From Camelus dromedarius (lineage: Eukaryota), in the NCBI RefSeq assembly GCF_036321535.1, contig NC_087472.1, positions 93,808,001 to 93,872,000 on the forward strand: DNA of 64,000 nucleotides, given 5' to 3'. This document shows positions 23,165 through 39,293 of this stretch, piece by piece. The notes under the pieces are model-generated. The model made no database searches. It saw nothing but the letters and a program-made list of their open reading frames with translations, and was not told where the DNA came from. Each line of letters starts with the position of its first letter. Within the stretch, counting starts at the first letter, position 1. The position numbers and the translations under genes are program-made.

Positions 23165-25929
23165 AATGGAAATGTTCAAGCCTTTCTGGTTAGAATGAAA
23201 ACAGTTGCAGCCTCTTTGCTGAGAAGTCTGTCAGTTTCTTAAGATGCTAAACATAGACTTACCATAGTACTCGTCAATTGCAAAACCAGGTTTCTACATA
23301 AGAAAAGTGAAACACAGGTCCATCCAAGACTTGTAAATGAAGGTATGTAGGAACATCATACAAAGTAACCAGAAAGTGGGAAAATGGGAATGTCCTTCAA
23401 CTAGTGAATAGGTAATCAAAAGGTTTTGTGTACATACAAAGGGATATGATTCTATATTAGGAAGAAAAAACATTGTGATACTTGCTACAGGGTTGATGAG
23501 CCTCAAACACATCATGCTACATGAAAGAAGCCAGTAACACAATATCATACATGGCATGATTTCCATTTATAAGAAGTGTGAAGAAAAGGCAAATCAAAAC
23601 AAGTTCCTACTATATAGCCCAGGGAATTATATTCAACATCTTGTAATAGCCTATAATGAAAAAGACTATGAAAAGGAATATATATATTTATGTATAACTG
23701 AATCACTTTGCTGTATGCCAGAAACTAACACAACATAGTAAATCAACTATACTTAGATTTAAATTTTTTTTTTAATTTATAAAAAAGAAAGGCAAACCAA
23801 TAGAGACAGAAAGTAGATTAGTGTCTGCCTGGAGTTAGGGGGGGAAGGAGGAGTGATAGCAAATAGGCTTAAGCTTTCTCTACGTGATAATATAATTTCT
23901 AAACTTTAGATTTTGCTGAAGGTTTCATGACTTAGTATATTTACAAAAAAATCATGGACTTATACACTTAACATGGATGGGTAAATATTATACAAAGTAC
24001 TCATTAAAGTTATTTAAAAATATAAATTGCATTTCTGTATAATAGCAATGTAGAAATTGAAATTGAGACCATATTGCCATTGTTTAATAACATATAAGAG
24101 AATAATTTCTTGTAAAATTACTATCAGATGAACAATACTTGTGAAGTATGAGTGAAAGTAACAAACGAAGTAAGTATACAGAGTGACATTCCAGATTCAT
24201 GGATTTCAAAAGTGAACATGGTTTTTATGTCATTATTCCCCAAAAGAGGTACAGATTCAAGGCCATCATTCTCAAAATGCCAGAAATAGTTTTTACATAA
24301 ATGGATATGTTAACATTTGTATGGAAATGCAGAGGAGGCAAAATGGACTATATTTCAGAAAAATTCAAAACCACCACAATGCAAAAGCCTCCATGAGGAA
24401 ACAGCAAAGAGAAGAACCAGCTAGAAAAATATAGGCAAAAATTTCAAGAGACATTTAAAAATCAGCAGATATACAAATGAGCAAGACACATGAAAATACC
24501 CACAAAAAATTCATTAAGGAAATGCAAGTTTAAATGACAACAATCAAAAGTTTCACACAGAAAAATTGGCATAATAAAAAAACATAGGAAATAATAAGCA
24601 TGCTCAAAGATGTGGAGAGACTAGCACTCTCATAAAGTGATGGGGAAAATAATGCAACCACTTTGGAAAACAATTTGGCAATTTTTAATAATACTAACAA
24701 AATTTGTCCTATAGGAAACAGCAAGAGCACAACTAATAATCTACACAAAAGAAATGATAGCAATCCACATGATAACATGTATACATAAAGTCACAGTGGC
24801 ATTATTCATATTATAAAAAACAGGAACCACCACATGTCCTTCAACTAGGGGTCAGATGAAAAATAAAATATATATCCATGCAGTGGAATACAGTTCCATT
24901 AAATACAAATCCATGTTTATGAATTAAGATTCAGTATTCTTAAGATGCCAACAGAATCAGGGAAACCTACAGATTTGAAAACAAGGCTGTTAAAATCACA
25001 ACTGCACTCTTTTTGCCAATATTGACAGGCTGACACTAAAATTTATATATTCATGAGAAGATTTCAGAAGAGCCTAAAAAGTCTTGAAAAAGAAGATCAA
25101 AATGTTAGGATGAAAACTTCCTGATTTCAGAATTTATTGGTACTGGTAACAGGATATAAATATAGACCAACCGAACTGAATTCATAGCCCAAAATAAATG
25201 CATATATTTTCAACAACTGAAATTTGGCAACATTGCCAAATGATTCAATCAGAAATGATAGCTAATTTTCTGCAAATGATGTTGGAATCATGCTACATCA
25301 TCATGCTTAGAACAATGGAAGATCCTTAATTCACCCCCCCAAAACAATTAATGAACAATAGATAATAGACTTACAAGTCAAAACTTTAACACCATTAGAA
25401 GAAAATGGAGTAGTACAACTTTGTGTCCTGGAAATATGCAATGATCACTTAGACACAACACCCAAACTATATATGCAAAAAAATTATGACTCTGCATATC
25501 AAAACAAACCTTTTGGACACCAAATACCAGTACTAAGAAGAGCAATATTAAGTCACAGGTCCAGAACACTCTGGGAATCATATACTCAATAACTGGCTTG
25601 TGTCTTGAATATATAAAGAAACTTTTAGATACAAGAATGCAAATAAATAAAATTCAGCATGGGCAAAAGAGTAGGATAGAAATTTTACCCAAGAAAATAC
25701 ACAAATTGCCAGGAGGCCTGTGAAAAGGTGTACAAAATCATCTGATTTAAGGAAATACAAGGTCAAAAGCCATTTTATACTCACAAGAAAAGGAATATAA
25801 ATTTTAAAAGAAACAGAAAATAACAAGGGTTCTTGAGGGTATGGAAAAACCCCCCATGGAGGAAATCTCTTATCTTGCTGGTGAGAAAGAAAACAGTTAC
25901 AGCCACCTTGACAAGCAGACTGTCAGTTT
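23165..25929 (+). mobile_element. Highly decayed old L1 mosaic (3'UTR and ORF2 pieces), unit 1
   Basis: Recurrent decayed L1 motifs: catggatt, atggaaatgcag, tttggaaaacaatttggca, ttagaagaaaat. Confidence 0.7.
23597..23785 (+). mobile_element. Younger L1 3' tip nested in old L1
   Basis: aacaagttcctactatatagcccagggaattatattcaa...gtaaatcaactatact; flanked on both sides by aaaggcaaa(t/c)ca. Confidence 0.85.
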
Positions 25930-26024
25930 TCCTTCCTTCCTTCCTTCCTTCCTTCCTTCCTTCCTTCCTTCCTTCCTTCCTTCCTTCCTTTCTTTCTTTC
26001 TTTCTCTCTCCTTCTTTCTTTCCT

Positions 26025-26082
<58 letters not shown>

Positions 26083-26178
26083 TTTCTTCCTTTCTTCCTT
26101 TCTTCCTTTCTTCCTTTCTTCCTTTCTTCCTTTCTTCCTTTCTTTCTCTTTCTCTCTTTCTCTCTTTCTCTCTTTCTC

Positions 26179-26241
<63 letters not shown>
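25930..26241. repeat. Compound (TTCC)n/(TTTC)n/(TC)n polypyrimidine microsatellite, ~310 bp
   Basis: Direct reading; it generates the spurious low-complexity ORFs at 25833, 25841 and 25897. Confidence 0.97.
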
Positions 26242-26550
26242 AAAAGTCTTTATTACACCAATTTTGGAATAGAGCTTTCTGGGATATAGGCTTCTTTGTT
26301 GACAGTTTTTTCTTTCAGCACTTTGAATATGTGATCTCACTGCCTTCTGGACTTAGTTGTTTCTACTGAGAAGCCAACTGATTGAATCTTTGGGGGATTC
26401 CCTTATAAGTCACAAGTCATTTTTCTCTTGATACTTTCAAGATTTTCTCCTCATCTTTGACATTCAGCATTGTTACTATGCTGTGTCTTATTTGTGGCTC
26501 TCTTTATTTTTATCCTACTTGAGATTCATTGAGCTTCATGAATGAGTACA
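26242..26550 (-). mobile_element. Old L1 ORF1-region (or HAL1) fragment, antisense
   Basis: ttttttctttcagcactttgaatatgtgatctcactgccttctgg...ctactgagaagcc...ttttctcttgatactttcaagattttctc. Confidence 0.75.
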
Positions 26551-26643
26551 AAATTAATTCAAATACTTTAAAATCAAATCCCTTTCTGTTAGTTCTTTTC
26601 AAACAACTTGTTTCATTTAACTTACTTTGGTTAATTATAAAAC

Positions 26644-26851
26644 CGTTACCTGAAAACTAGGTTTGCCTCTTGGTGGATATTCAGCCAAAAGACAACCAAG
26701 CCAAAGATGGGGAGAAGGAAGGATTTATTACTCTCCCCAAGTAGGGAGAACACTGGGACTCTTTCTCAAAGCAGTGTCTCTCTCTGAACAACAAAATTGG
26801 GGAAGTTTTAAGCTAAGGGTTCATGTATTTTCATGAAGGGACTTGGGCGTA
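26644..26851 (-). mobile_element. ERV LTR 3' fragment
   Basis: Minus strand reads ...ttagcttaaaacttcccc...gacactgctttgagaaag...AATAAAtcc...ttttcaggtaac, a U3/R/U5-like layout ending at an LTR-like terminus. Confidence 0.6.
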
Positions 26852-27937
26852 CAGACTGTCAGTTTCTAAGGCATTAAAAATTGAATAGAATTCAGCAAAA
26901 TTGCTAAAATAGTTTTCTACAGAAAGGAAGTGAAACATAGATCCACCCAAAGACTTTTAAGGGAAGATATAGGTGCATATACATAAAAACCAAAAAAGTA
27001 AATAATTGGAATGCTCTTCGTTTGATGAATAGATAAAGAAAAGTTGGTGCGTCCATACAATTGAGTATGATTCCACATTATGAAAAAAAAATTATGCTGT
27101 ATGCCACAGGGATGATAAACTTCAAAACTATTATACTAAGTGAAAAAAGAAACAAGACCAAGTACATTGTATGATTATGTTATAAGAACTGTCCAAAAAG
27201 GCAAGCAATAGAGAAAGTTGGATTTGCGGTTGGCTGAGGTTGTGGGTGGGAATAAGGATGGCTGGAAACAGGCACAAGGTTTCTATTTGCTATCATATTA
27301 TTATTAAAAATTGAATTTTGGCAATGGCTTCCCAACTTTGTTTCTTTATTAAAATTCATTGGATTGCTCATGCTATGTAAATTACATCTCAATAAAGTTG
27401 TTAAAACAATCAATCCATTTCTCTGTGCCAGAAATGTAAAGTCAGAAATTAAAATTTAGTAAACATTATTATTGTCAGTACTATGAAAAAGAGGACAAAA
27501 AATTTGGTGCAAAATTAATAGAGGATAAGATTTGTACAATGACAAGGTTAAAAAAAAAAACACTGAATGGTACTAGAGCAATAGTCCATGTTCATGGATT
27601 TGAAGAGATGTCAGTATTCTTCAAATTGATTTACAGTTTCAACATCATCATTCTCAAAATGCCTGCCAGAATTTTTGCAGAAATAGACAAGCTAAACATC
27701 AAATGGAAATGCAGGAGGCAATATAGCGAAAACAATTTGAAAAGGAGCAATTTTAGGCAAATAACACTTCCAGATTTCAAAATCTACTGAAAAACTACAC
27801 CCATTTACAGAGTGTGGTACTGTCATCAGTTTAAACATACAAATAAAGAGAACAGAATTGAGACTCCAGAAATAATATGATGTGTATTTGAATTCTTTGT
27901 GTTTGAAAAAGTTGCCAAAGAAATTCAATGGGGTCAC

Positions 27938-28217
27938 TATGCTAAGTTAAATAAGCTAGTCACAGAATGACAAATGCCACATGGTTCCACTTATATGAGG
28001 TATCTAAATAGTCAGACTCATAGAAACAGAGTAGAAAGGTGGTTGCCAGGACCTGGGGGCTGGGGGAAACAGGGAGTTGCTGTTCAATGGGTATAATAAG
28101 TTCTAGAGACCTGCTGTGCAACATAGTGCCTGTAGTTAATAACACAGTATTGTACACTTAATTATTTGTTAAGAGAATAGATCTCATGTTAAGTGTTCTT
28201 ACCACAATAAAAAAAAA
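27938..28217 (+). mobile_element. L1MA9-like 3' end
   Basis: gttctagagacctgctgtgcaacatagtgcctgtagttaataacac...gtgttcttaccacaataaaaaaaa. Confidence 0.85.
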
Positions 28218-28610
28218 TGAAAAGATAAAAATATAGAGATATAAAAGGATTAGTAGTTGCCAGGGGTTTTAGAGTTGGGATATGGGATGATTAGGTAGGG
28301 GATTTTTAGGACCATGAAACTGTTCTGTATGATACTGCAGCGGTAGGTAAATAACATGCATTTGTTTATCAAAATCCTTGGAATTGTACAACACTAAGAA
28401 GGAACCCTAATGTAAACTATGGCTTTCAGTGAATAATTTTAAAATGTTGTGTCATCAGTTGTAGCCATTGTACCACACCAATGCAATGTGTTAATAATAG
28501 GGAAAACTATGGGTGGGGAAAGGGGAGAGGGGATGTATGGGAACTCTACCTTCAGCTCAGTTTTTGTGTAAATCCAAAACTGCTCTAAAAAACAAATTCT
28601 ATTTAAAAAA
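28218..28610 (+). mobile_element. L1MC-like 3' end
   Basis: gaaactgttctgtatgatactgca...ggaaccctaatgtaaactatgg...aaaactgctctaaaaaacaaattctatt; aaattcaat flanks the 27930-28612 block. Confidence 0.8.
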
Positions 28611-28734
28611 TTCAATCAGGAATGTGGTAGTCTTTTCTGCAAACGATGCCCCATTTGAGTATCTACATTTGGAAAAAATGAATATAGACAGCTCACACTG
28701 GCAAAAAAAATTAATTTAAAATATATTATAGACA

Positions 28735-30637
<1,903 letters not shown>

Positions 30638-32289
30638 GGAATGTAACTTTTAAAAATTGTGTAAAAAAATGAGAAGTATATAAAGAGTAAAAAGTGAAAT
30701 TGTGAAAAAAAGTATAGACATGAATAAAAGTAAAACAACCTCTAAAATCTTGAATGAAATCATTGAGTAAATGCCTGTGATTCTGAGATGGGAAAAAAAT
30801 CTTTTTGAATACAACAAAAAGTACAAATAAAAATTAAAATATACTTCAGAAAAATTAAAAACTTTTGCACTACAGAAGTCTTCATTAAGGAAAGGCAAAG
30901 ACAAAGAAACACACTGGAAAGATATTTGCAAATCACATAATGGGCAGTGAAAGTGAGTCCTGAATATATAAAGATTATTTTCAACTGAAGAAGTAAGTGG
31001 AACACAACCAAATTTTTTTAATGGGCCAGAGTTTGAAGATATAGTTCACAGAGGCATAAATATGAATGACTAAGAAGCACATGAAATGATGCTCGAAACC
31101 ATTAGTTAACATGAAATGCAAATTTAAATGAAAAGATTATAACACTTTTGCTCTGAAGAGTGGCTGTAATAAAAAAAATACAGGAAATAACAAGCATAGT
31201 CAAAATGTAGAGTCACAAAGATCCTTATATTTTGATGATGGGAATGTAAAATTTTACAGCTTGTTTGGAAAACAATATTGCAGTGTCTAATAATTATTTC
31301 TGACAGGATACAGTAATCACAGGATTAGTAAACTATACAAAAGAAATGAAAACTTATTTTCACCCGGTAACATGGACACAAAGGTCATGGCAGCATTATT
31401 CATAGCATCAAATAAATGAAAAGGAAGAAATGTCATTCAACTAGAAATTATATATAAAAAGTTACATCCAAATATAAATCCATGGAATACAAATCCATGT
31501 TCATAGCTTAGAAGATTCAATATTTTTAAAATTCCAATAGAATCAGGTCTACGGATTCAAAACCATCACTATTAAAATACCATTTGAATTTTTTGCATAA
31601 ATTGACAGGTGATGCTAAAAGTAATATGGCAATGCAAAGGTCTGAGAAGAGTCTAAACGATTCTTTTGAAAAAGAACAACAAGTTGGGAAGACAAACACT
31701 TTCCAATTTTAAAATGTACTACAAGCCTATAGTAATCTAGAGAGTGTGTTACTGGCATCAGGATAGAAATATAGGTCAATGGAATAGAATTTAGATCTAT
31801 AAATAAATCCATATCAGTTGGTTTGACTGAATTTCAACAGTATTGTCAAACCAATTTATTGCTGAATGGTAGTCTTTTCCAAATGTGATACCAGGGAAAT
31901 TGGATTTCCACATGCAAAATATGAATGCAGACCCTGAATTCATAACAAAACAATTAACTCGAAATGGATCAGAGACTTGAATGTAAATGCCAAATTTTTT
32001 AGAAGAAAATATACGTGCATATCTTTGTCTGACATTTGCAATGATTACTTATATACCATACCAAAGCACAGTAAAAAAAAAAAAAAAAACGATAGAGAAT
32101 TTTAACTTTATCAAAAATAAAACACCCCAAAACAAAAAACTTTGAGCTTCAGAAGTGAATAACAGGAAAGTACTTAAGCCCAGACTCTGACTTCACATTG
32201 TCTATATGGCAAAATCAGTATATTTTAATCTCTAAAGTAAAATGCCATCAAAAGATCAGTGTAACTAGTGTGAAGTGATGTGAAAGAAA

Positions 32290-32430
32290 AGAACTTAGAT
32301 TCTGGAGCCTCACACCCTGGGTTCCAAAATGAGCTCTACCACTTATTAAGTCTCACATTGGATGAGTAATTTAATATTTCTAGGTCTCAATTTTCCCACA
32401 AAAATTGAGTGGGACCTATTTTTGTGAAAA
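32290..32430 (+). mobile_element. MIR SINE
   Basis: agattctggagcctcacaccctgggttccaaaatgagctctaccacttattaag. Confidence 0.7.
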
Positions 32431-35400
32431 TCAAATAAGAAAAAAAAAGTACTCAGGAAGAGTACAAAGAACTCAGTTAAATATGGACATTAAAAGACAT
32501 ATCACTCAAAAAGGTATACAAATGGGAAAGAACATGAAAAGATGCTCAACACCATTAGTTTTTTGGAAAATGCAAGTTAAAATGCCAAACAGATACCAAT
32601 CCATGCCCACTATAATGGTAATAATAAAACAACAAAACAGAGGTTTTATATCCATGTCAGCACATGCATTTTAATAATATATATTATTTTTTAAAATTTT
32701 ACAGGTTTTGTAATTGGGCACATACCCTATAGTGACTTTAAATATTAGGATGTGAGATGATGCTTAATACAGGTTATTTCTGATTAGCAGTAACATTTCA
32801 TTCAGTATCCTTTGGTGTCACATAATTATCAATTAACATTGCCCAGAATTATACATGGTAAGAGATTAAGTTAAATTTAGGATAACTCAAAGATTAACCT
32901 GTAAAATGCTTTATTAATTCAATTTGTTTTATCAATTTGTTAATTTGTATTCTTAATCACACTACAGAATAATAAATATTTTTGGTTATCTTCACTTTAT
33001 TTTTTGGATCCCAGATGATGGTAAAACCACCACAGGCAGCTCTAATACAGAAGGATACTGAACTTCAACCCTAATCAACCAAAATCAACCTAAGAATGAA
33101 AGAATGTAGTTAAAGAAATCTGGCCCATAGCATGCATACCTTTTCTGTGGTTGTGTTTTCTTCAACAGTTCAGCAATACCCGAGAGCCATAAAATCGATT
33201 TTATTAGACTATGTGGAACTTTTGATTACAATATGCATGCCAATGATTTAATACATTCTCATATTAGCTCAAGAGTTTTATTTAGTAAAGCTCTTCACAT
33301 AACTTTACCTTTCCAGTTCCCACTCCAAGACTGAGAATAGCTATGTCTATGTAATCTCATGAAAACACACACACACACAAACAATATACTGTATTACCAA
33401 CAGACTTGGTTCATAAGGAAATTATATACTGTCTGATCATTTCCACTGCAGGTTCTGCATAATCATTTTAATTCTTTTCTCAGATTGTGAAAATCCCTAA
33501 TGCTCGTAACTTAAAACCTTGAAATCAACTCCCTCTACTCAAAATCAGGTTATACCTGCATTTCAGTTCTTACTATAAAGAGATAATTTAAACATCTTCT
33601 GATTCCCTTTTTACAGTGGATTGCTTTTTTTCATTGTTTTTGTATTTATGCCTTTCTGATCATTTTGACTTTGTTTATATTTTCTACCTTGATACCTTGT
33701 TTGAGTCTCCACTGCTCTTTTTCTCCTTTCAATACACAGTTCACAACAACTTAAGACTTGAAATTTTGTATATAATGCACACTCAGTAGCCTGTGTGCCT
33801 AATATAACAATCTTTTTTACACAAAAGAAAAGGGACTAGTTTAAAACATACAAATAATTGGAAATGTTGTAACCATATAGAGTGTAACTTATTTACACAG
33901 TATTCTCATTCAGTTAGGTACTCATTGTTTCCAAGTAAGGCTGATCTGATTCTAACTCATTATCAATATCTATAAAGCATACAAGATGTATTTTATTTAG
34001 CTTAAGCATAAAATCACAAATTGCTATGCTTTTGTTTTATAGTTAGCATTATTATTGTAATTTGGATATATTGTTCATTTGACATTGCCACAGGATGGAG
34101 AATTCCTGCACTTCAAGGGTCACATTTTCTGATCTTTTCAAGATAGTACAATAAAGGTTTTAAAAGTTTTAAATAGAAGAGGATTTGTGAAGCTCTGGAG
34201 AAGGATTTGAATTTAATCTAAAAATTACTGTGATAACAAAAATAATTTTGAAAGGTTTGAATTTTCACTGATAACTAGTTAAGACATTGTCAAGGGATGT
34301 GTAAACACTATACAAACACTTTCTTATATCTATCAGCATTTTTTGTTATGCTGTCCTTGAACAGCAGTAATGTTTAATAATCCTCCAACTCTATTTGAAA
34401 TTGTTAATACTTGCTAATCTGCAATGCTGATACTCAGATCCTTTGATACTGTTATCAAAAAACAAAACTTAAAAGAATTTACCTAGAGGCCAACAATGTT
34501 CCTACAATATATCTTTATCCTTAAATTGACATCAATTAGAAATGCCAGAGAAATATCTACTTGAATTTCTTATACACTGATTTAAATTTTAACTCATTCA
34601 CCTTAATTTTATTCATGCTGGAGTATTCCACAACAGAGCATCTAAATCCATGGAGGTCACAGATCCTTTCTTCCACAACCCCTATACATTTTACTGCTTG
34701 ACTTACGTCAGTTCACTTGAAGCAGAGAATCACTTTTTGGTGGAGGTTGTCTAAACAGATGACATCTCAGAACTTTTAAAAATGAGAGTGGGAAACCGAA
34801 AGGGAAGGAAAGAGACTGTTATTACTTGCAGGTAGTCACATCTTCCACTTCAACACCCAAGCCATGGCTGTGCACAATAACATTCTCCTTCATACTTTAA
34901 AGCTAAGCAAGTAGACAAAAATAAAGTGGAAAAAGTCTATTCAAATCTAGATAAAAGACTTGATTTTTATATTAAATGACATAATTTGATTGCTATAACT
35001 TAATATCAAAGTATGTCTTGAATGGTTTTATTGTAATATTATGCAAATTAAGCCATTCAATTTATCTGATTTTCTTCCCCATCACCAATTAAACAGCATT
35101 TTAGAAAAGGTTAAATAACCTTTCTTCATTTGCTACTTGAAAAACCACCTTTTCATCATATCTTGTATTAATAAATGGTGAACATTCCAAGTCCATCTTG
35201 CATGTCTTTGTGAAAAAGAGTACATATTGTCTTGCCCTATGCATACAGATGGCTGGACAGTTTATTCTCTTCTATTTGAGGTAGGACACTATCTCTTATT
35301 GATACGATTTTTGCATTAATCACATAAATTCTTATAAAAATTGATATGTTAAACTGATACAAAATGTTTAAACGTTTAAGTAAAGATGTTTGGGTCAATG

Positions 35401-36599
35401 CAATGTTGTTTTAAATTCTCTCTGAAAAAGCAACTACCACAGATGATAGCTACTTGGAGTTTTATGTTATCACCAATTTAATAAAACTACACATAGAATG
35501 AAGACACCAAAACACACACACAAATAAAAATACGACAATTTGGAATAACTCTTTCAGGTGTAGTGGGCCTGCTTGAAACATAAATGAGATGCCGCTGTAA
35601 ATGTAGACTGGTAATCTCAAAATAACAGATTATGTGATCTTGACAGATATCTTTCTTGACATAAAGAGTTTAGAATGTTAATGAAGTGAAACTGACATGT
35701 AAATTAATCTAATAGCTTGCAGTCAAGAGAAGTTGTCCACATTTTTTCCACAAGTTCTTCACACTACAAAACCCTAAAATAAGATAGTTCATTTAAAATA
35801 CTTTCAGATATATTTAAAGGAAGTATTCTCAAAGTGCCAAGTAGAACTATATTCAAAAATCAGATTTTTCCTCGTGGTATTGTTAAACTTGTTAACTATC
35901 TCTAGTTACTTGACTCAAATAGATGTCCACATTTTCATTCCATATACTTTGAGAATGTTGCAATATCATATCTAAAGGTGAGTTTTTGAAGAAAGATTGA
36001 AGTTAAGAGGAAGCTTAATCAAATTTAAATGAGTAAAAGTAATTAGTTCTTTTTCATAGAACCTAAGGAATTCATGCTTTCTGAGTTCTAAAGTTTGGCA
36101 TTAGCATTCGATCTATTGACTGACCTCTGAAATGTAGACATTTGGCATTCTGTTTTTCCCTCATACTCAGATTTTCAAATAGGACCACGTTGATCACCAC
36201 AAACTAAGGGTTATTGCATTTCTAAAATTCATTCAATTTGCCATATGATTAACAATGTTAGTCTGGGAGAGAAAAACGGTAGATGTCATTTAGGAAAACA
36301 TAATTATGATTTTCAGAACTTTATTAAGCATCTAGTGCATGTCAAAGGATGTGGCATGTAGAAACACTAAGCTTTCCAAGCAAAGTTATTTAAAATATTT
36401 CAGAATGGAAATGCTTATCTTACCAAGATTGTAATTAATATGTTCATCTAATCAAGATTACAGGTGACACATCTATAGTATGTCCAGGTTGACTCTTGGC
36501 TATTTGACTACCCAACGAAGCAAAAGTAAATAAATCTAGCTAAGGGGATTATTAATGGTAAATCCAATACTGCCATCCTAACAAACAGACTTTTCTATT

Positions 36600-37980
36600 A
36601 TGTTTCCAAAGACATTCAAATTCAGCAAATCAAAGTGAACTTGTATTATCTTCCTTCTCAAATCCATTCTTTCTCTAGTTTTACTAACCCAGTAAATGAC
36701 ATCATCATTCACATTTTTGCCAAGGAGAATTAATTATGTCACTTCCCTTACCTCATCTGATTTACCCTTTTATCCAAAGCATCACAGGTACTTTGAATAG
36801 CTTTAGGACTTTATCCAACATTGCCCAAACTCACATCACTTTTTACTGCAATAACCTTTTATCTGTTGTACTAGCATCCACTTATACTCCTTCCTAATTT
36901 ATTCTCCACATATTAAAACTTTAAATACATGTTTAGAAGAACATACATATTTAAAAATGCACATATTTGAACATGTCACCCCATTGCTCAAAACCACTTT
37001 CTCAAAAACCCATGAAAGGTTTCCTATTCCTCTAATGGCAAAGATCAAAATTCTTAACAGTGACTAAAGCCCTGTTAAAGATAGTACTTCATATACTTCA
37101 TCTCATGCCATGCTCCACACTGTTCTCTAAACTTCAACAACACTGACCTCCATGTTTTGGAAAATTACAAGCACCTACTCTGCCTGGAATGTTCTCTTGT
37201 CTGTCTTTGCCTCATTCATTCAGCTCAAATCTAACATCTTCAAGCTTCCCTGACACATTTCTTCCATAACCAGGTTGAGTGCTCCCTTGTAGCAGTCAGG
37301 GACCAGTTAGGAAACAGAACCCACACCAGGTAGGTCAATAAAGGGAATTTAATATAGGAGCCAAATTATAAAGGTGTTAGATGAGCTGAAAGAACAAACA
37401 GAAGTTGAGATACCCCTGGTTTCACAATTATAGGAAGTTGCCATTATGACTAGGGCAGGAATAAAGTCTAAGGAAGAAATAGTGTTACCGGATGTCAGGA
37501 GGTGGAGCCACCAATACTTGAACCACAGAGGTGGAAACTGCCCAGTTGGAGCTATAGCCAAGGAGGAAACAGAGCCATCGCTGAAAGACCTTCCTAAAGC
37601 AAAGAGAAAAAGGAGAATTATCCTGGCCCCTGTCTGCTTTGGACCCTCCAATTTCTGCCCTCCAATTTTCTGCTATTAGTTAAACCCATAAAGATGCCAG
37701 ATGGCAGAGGATCCTGCACAGTGTTGTTTGCTGGGTTAGCCTTTGTAATAGGAAACAGAGCAAGAAAGAGAAGAGAATGAATCTAAGAGCAAATAGACAA
37801 ATAATAGGCACACTCAGTTATATGCTTCCAAACATTTCCTAATTCATCTTGCCAGAACTCTTTCTGATTAATATCAGGTGTGCCACAAAACTGTAAGCTC
37901 CTTAGGAGAGGAATCACAAGTGTCTTTCTAATGTTGTAACTTAATGCCTAGCATGGTCCTCAATAAATGTGTTGAATAAG
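36600..37980 (+). mobile_element. L2 LINE 3' region, split by an LTR at 37288-37812
   Basis: ctctgcctggaatgttct; ctgtaagctccttaggag; ends ctcaataaatgtgttgaat. Confidence 0.75.
37288..37812 (-). mobile_element. ERVL-class solo LTR (LTR33/LTR41-like)
   Basis: TG...CA termini (tgtagcagtcagggaccagttaggaaacagaa ... gagcaaatagacaaataataggcaca); minus strand starts tgtgcctattatttgtctatttgctcttagat. Confidence 0.7.
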
Positions 37981-39241
37981 TATAAAAATCATTTAATCGA
38001 TCTACTAACTCTTGTAATATTTTACCCACTACAACAAAATTAATCTGGTGGTGTATTCCAGGTATTCTAAACACATTGGGGATCCACAAGCCTTTTTTAG
38101 TAATTTATGAAAGATTTTTCTCCATCTTCACTCTGGTAACTCTAGCCTTCTCTGTATCTGGGCATTCTTTTAATACCATATTTAAGAAGAGGGATTGTGT
38201 TTTCAATGTCAAGGTAAAATAAACTTGAATGAGTTATTACAGAACAGTTTGACTATCTTACTCCTGGGAGTGATAATATAATTTTACTTGTGAAAGACCT
38301 TTACAACTCATTAGCTTATGAATTATGTATCTTTCACACAAAGAAAGCAAATATAATCCTAACTCTTTATGGATAAGACACCCTATATTTATTTCTCTTA
38401 AAACTAAGTAGAGATGCCTTCAGATATTTCATCACTCTTAAAGAATTAAATGGCTCTAGCAAAAGTCAACTTTCTCTTCTCAGTAGGCAAATTTAAAAAG
38501 CACTTATTAATGCATGAATCCACTTTCCGACTTGTATATACTTTAATAACAAGAAGAGGAAATTTACATTTTCAAAATGATCTTTAATTTTATACCTCCT
38601 CTATAATTAAAACTGCTACTGTTCAAAGAAGGGGTGAGTGCTAATACTTTATTTTAGTTTGGAAATTTCTGCCTTACCTAGAGGCATAGGGTTAACAATA
38701 TTTAAAGCTCTATATATAACTGAGAAAGAAATTGACTTCCTGGATATCAAGTCTAAAAATATCCATCCCTCAAATAAGAGAATGACAAAGCAGAATTGGA
38801 CACATGAGACTAAAGATTCATCCAGAATCATAGTTGGGAGTGAACTCAATTAAATCAATGGGGCCATTGCAACCAGGCCATATATCTCTACTTGGTGAGC
38901 TAACAATCCACATTCTAGGGATTTTTGTTCTAAAAATAATTGAAAGATTTATAGTGGAAGGCTTACTTGAAGTTTAAAATGTGGAGCATCTTTTTGGGTT
39001 TGTTAGTCGTCTTTGAATGATTGTACATAGGCTGATATGACACTGCTTATTACTCAAAGCCCAGTGAGATCCCTTCTCTATACACTGTATACCCTGACAT
39101 GTAGTGTCTGTAGGTTTTGATGGCAAAATGGGTTTGGAGAACTTCTTGAATAAGGGTTTGAAAGGGAGCATTGGGTTGACAGAAGAGTACTGAGCAAATG
39201 CTTGCACAGGAAATGGTCAAAATAAAGTCCACGCAACATAG

Positions 39242-39243
<2 letters not shown>

Positions 39244-39291
<48 letters not shown>
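39244..39291. repeat. Perfect (AC)~24 microsatellite
   Basis: Direct reading. Confidence 0.97.

Positions 39292-39293
<2 letters not shown>

Noticed and set aside
25833..26340. Three 136-147 aa ORFs (SFLP/FLS/KERK repeats)
   Set aside because: Translations of the TTCC/TTTC microsatellite, not genes.
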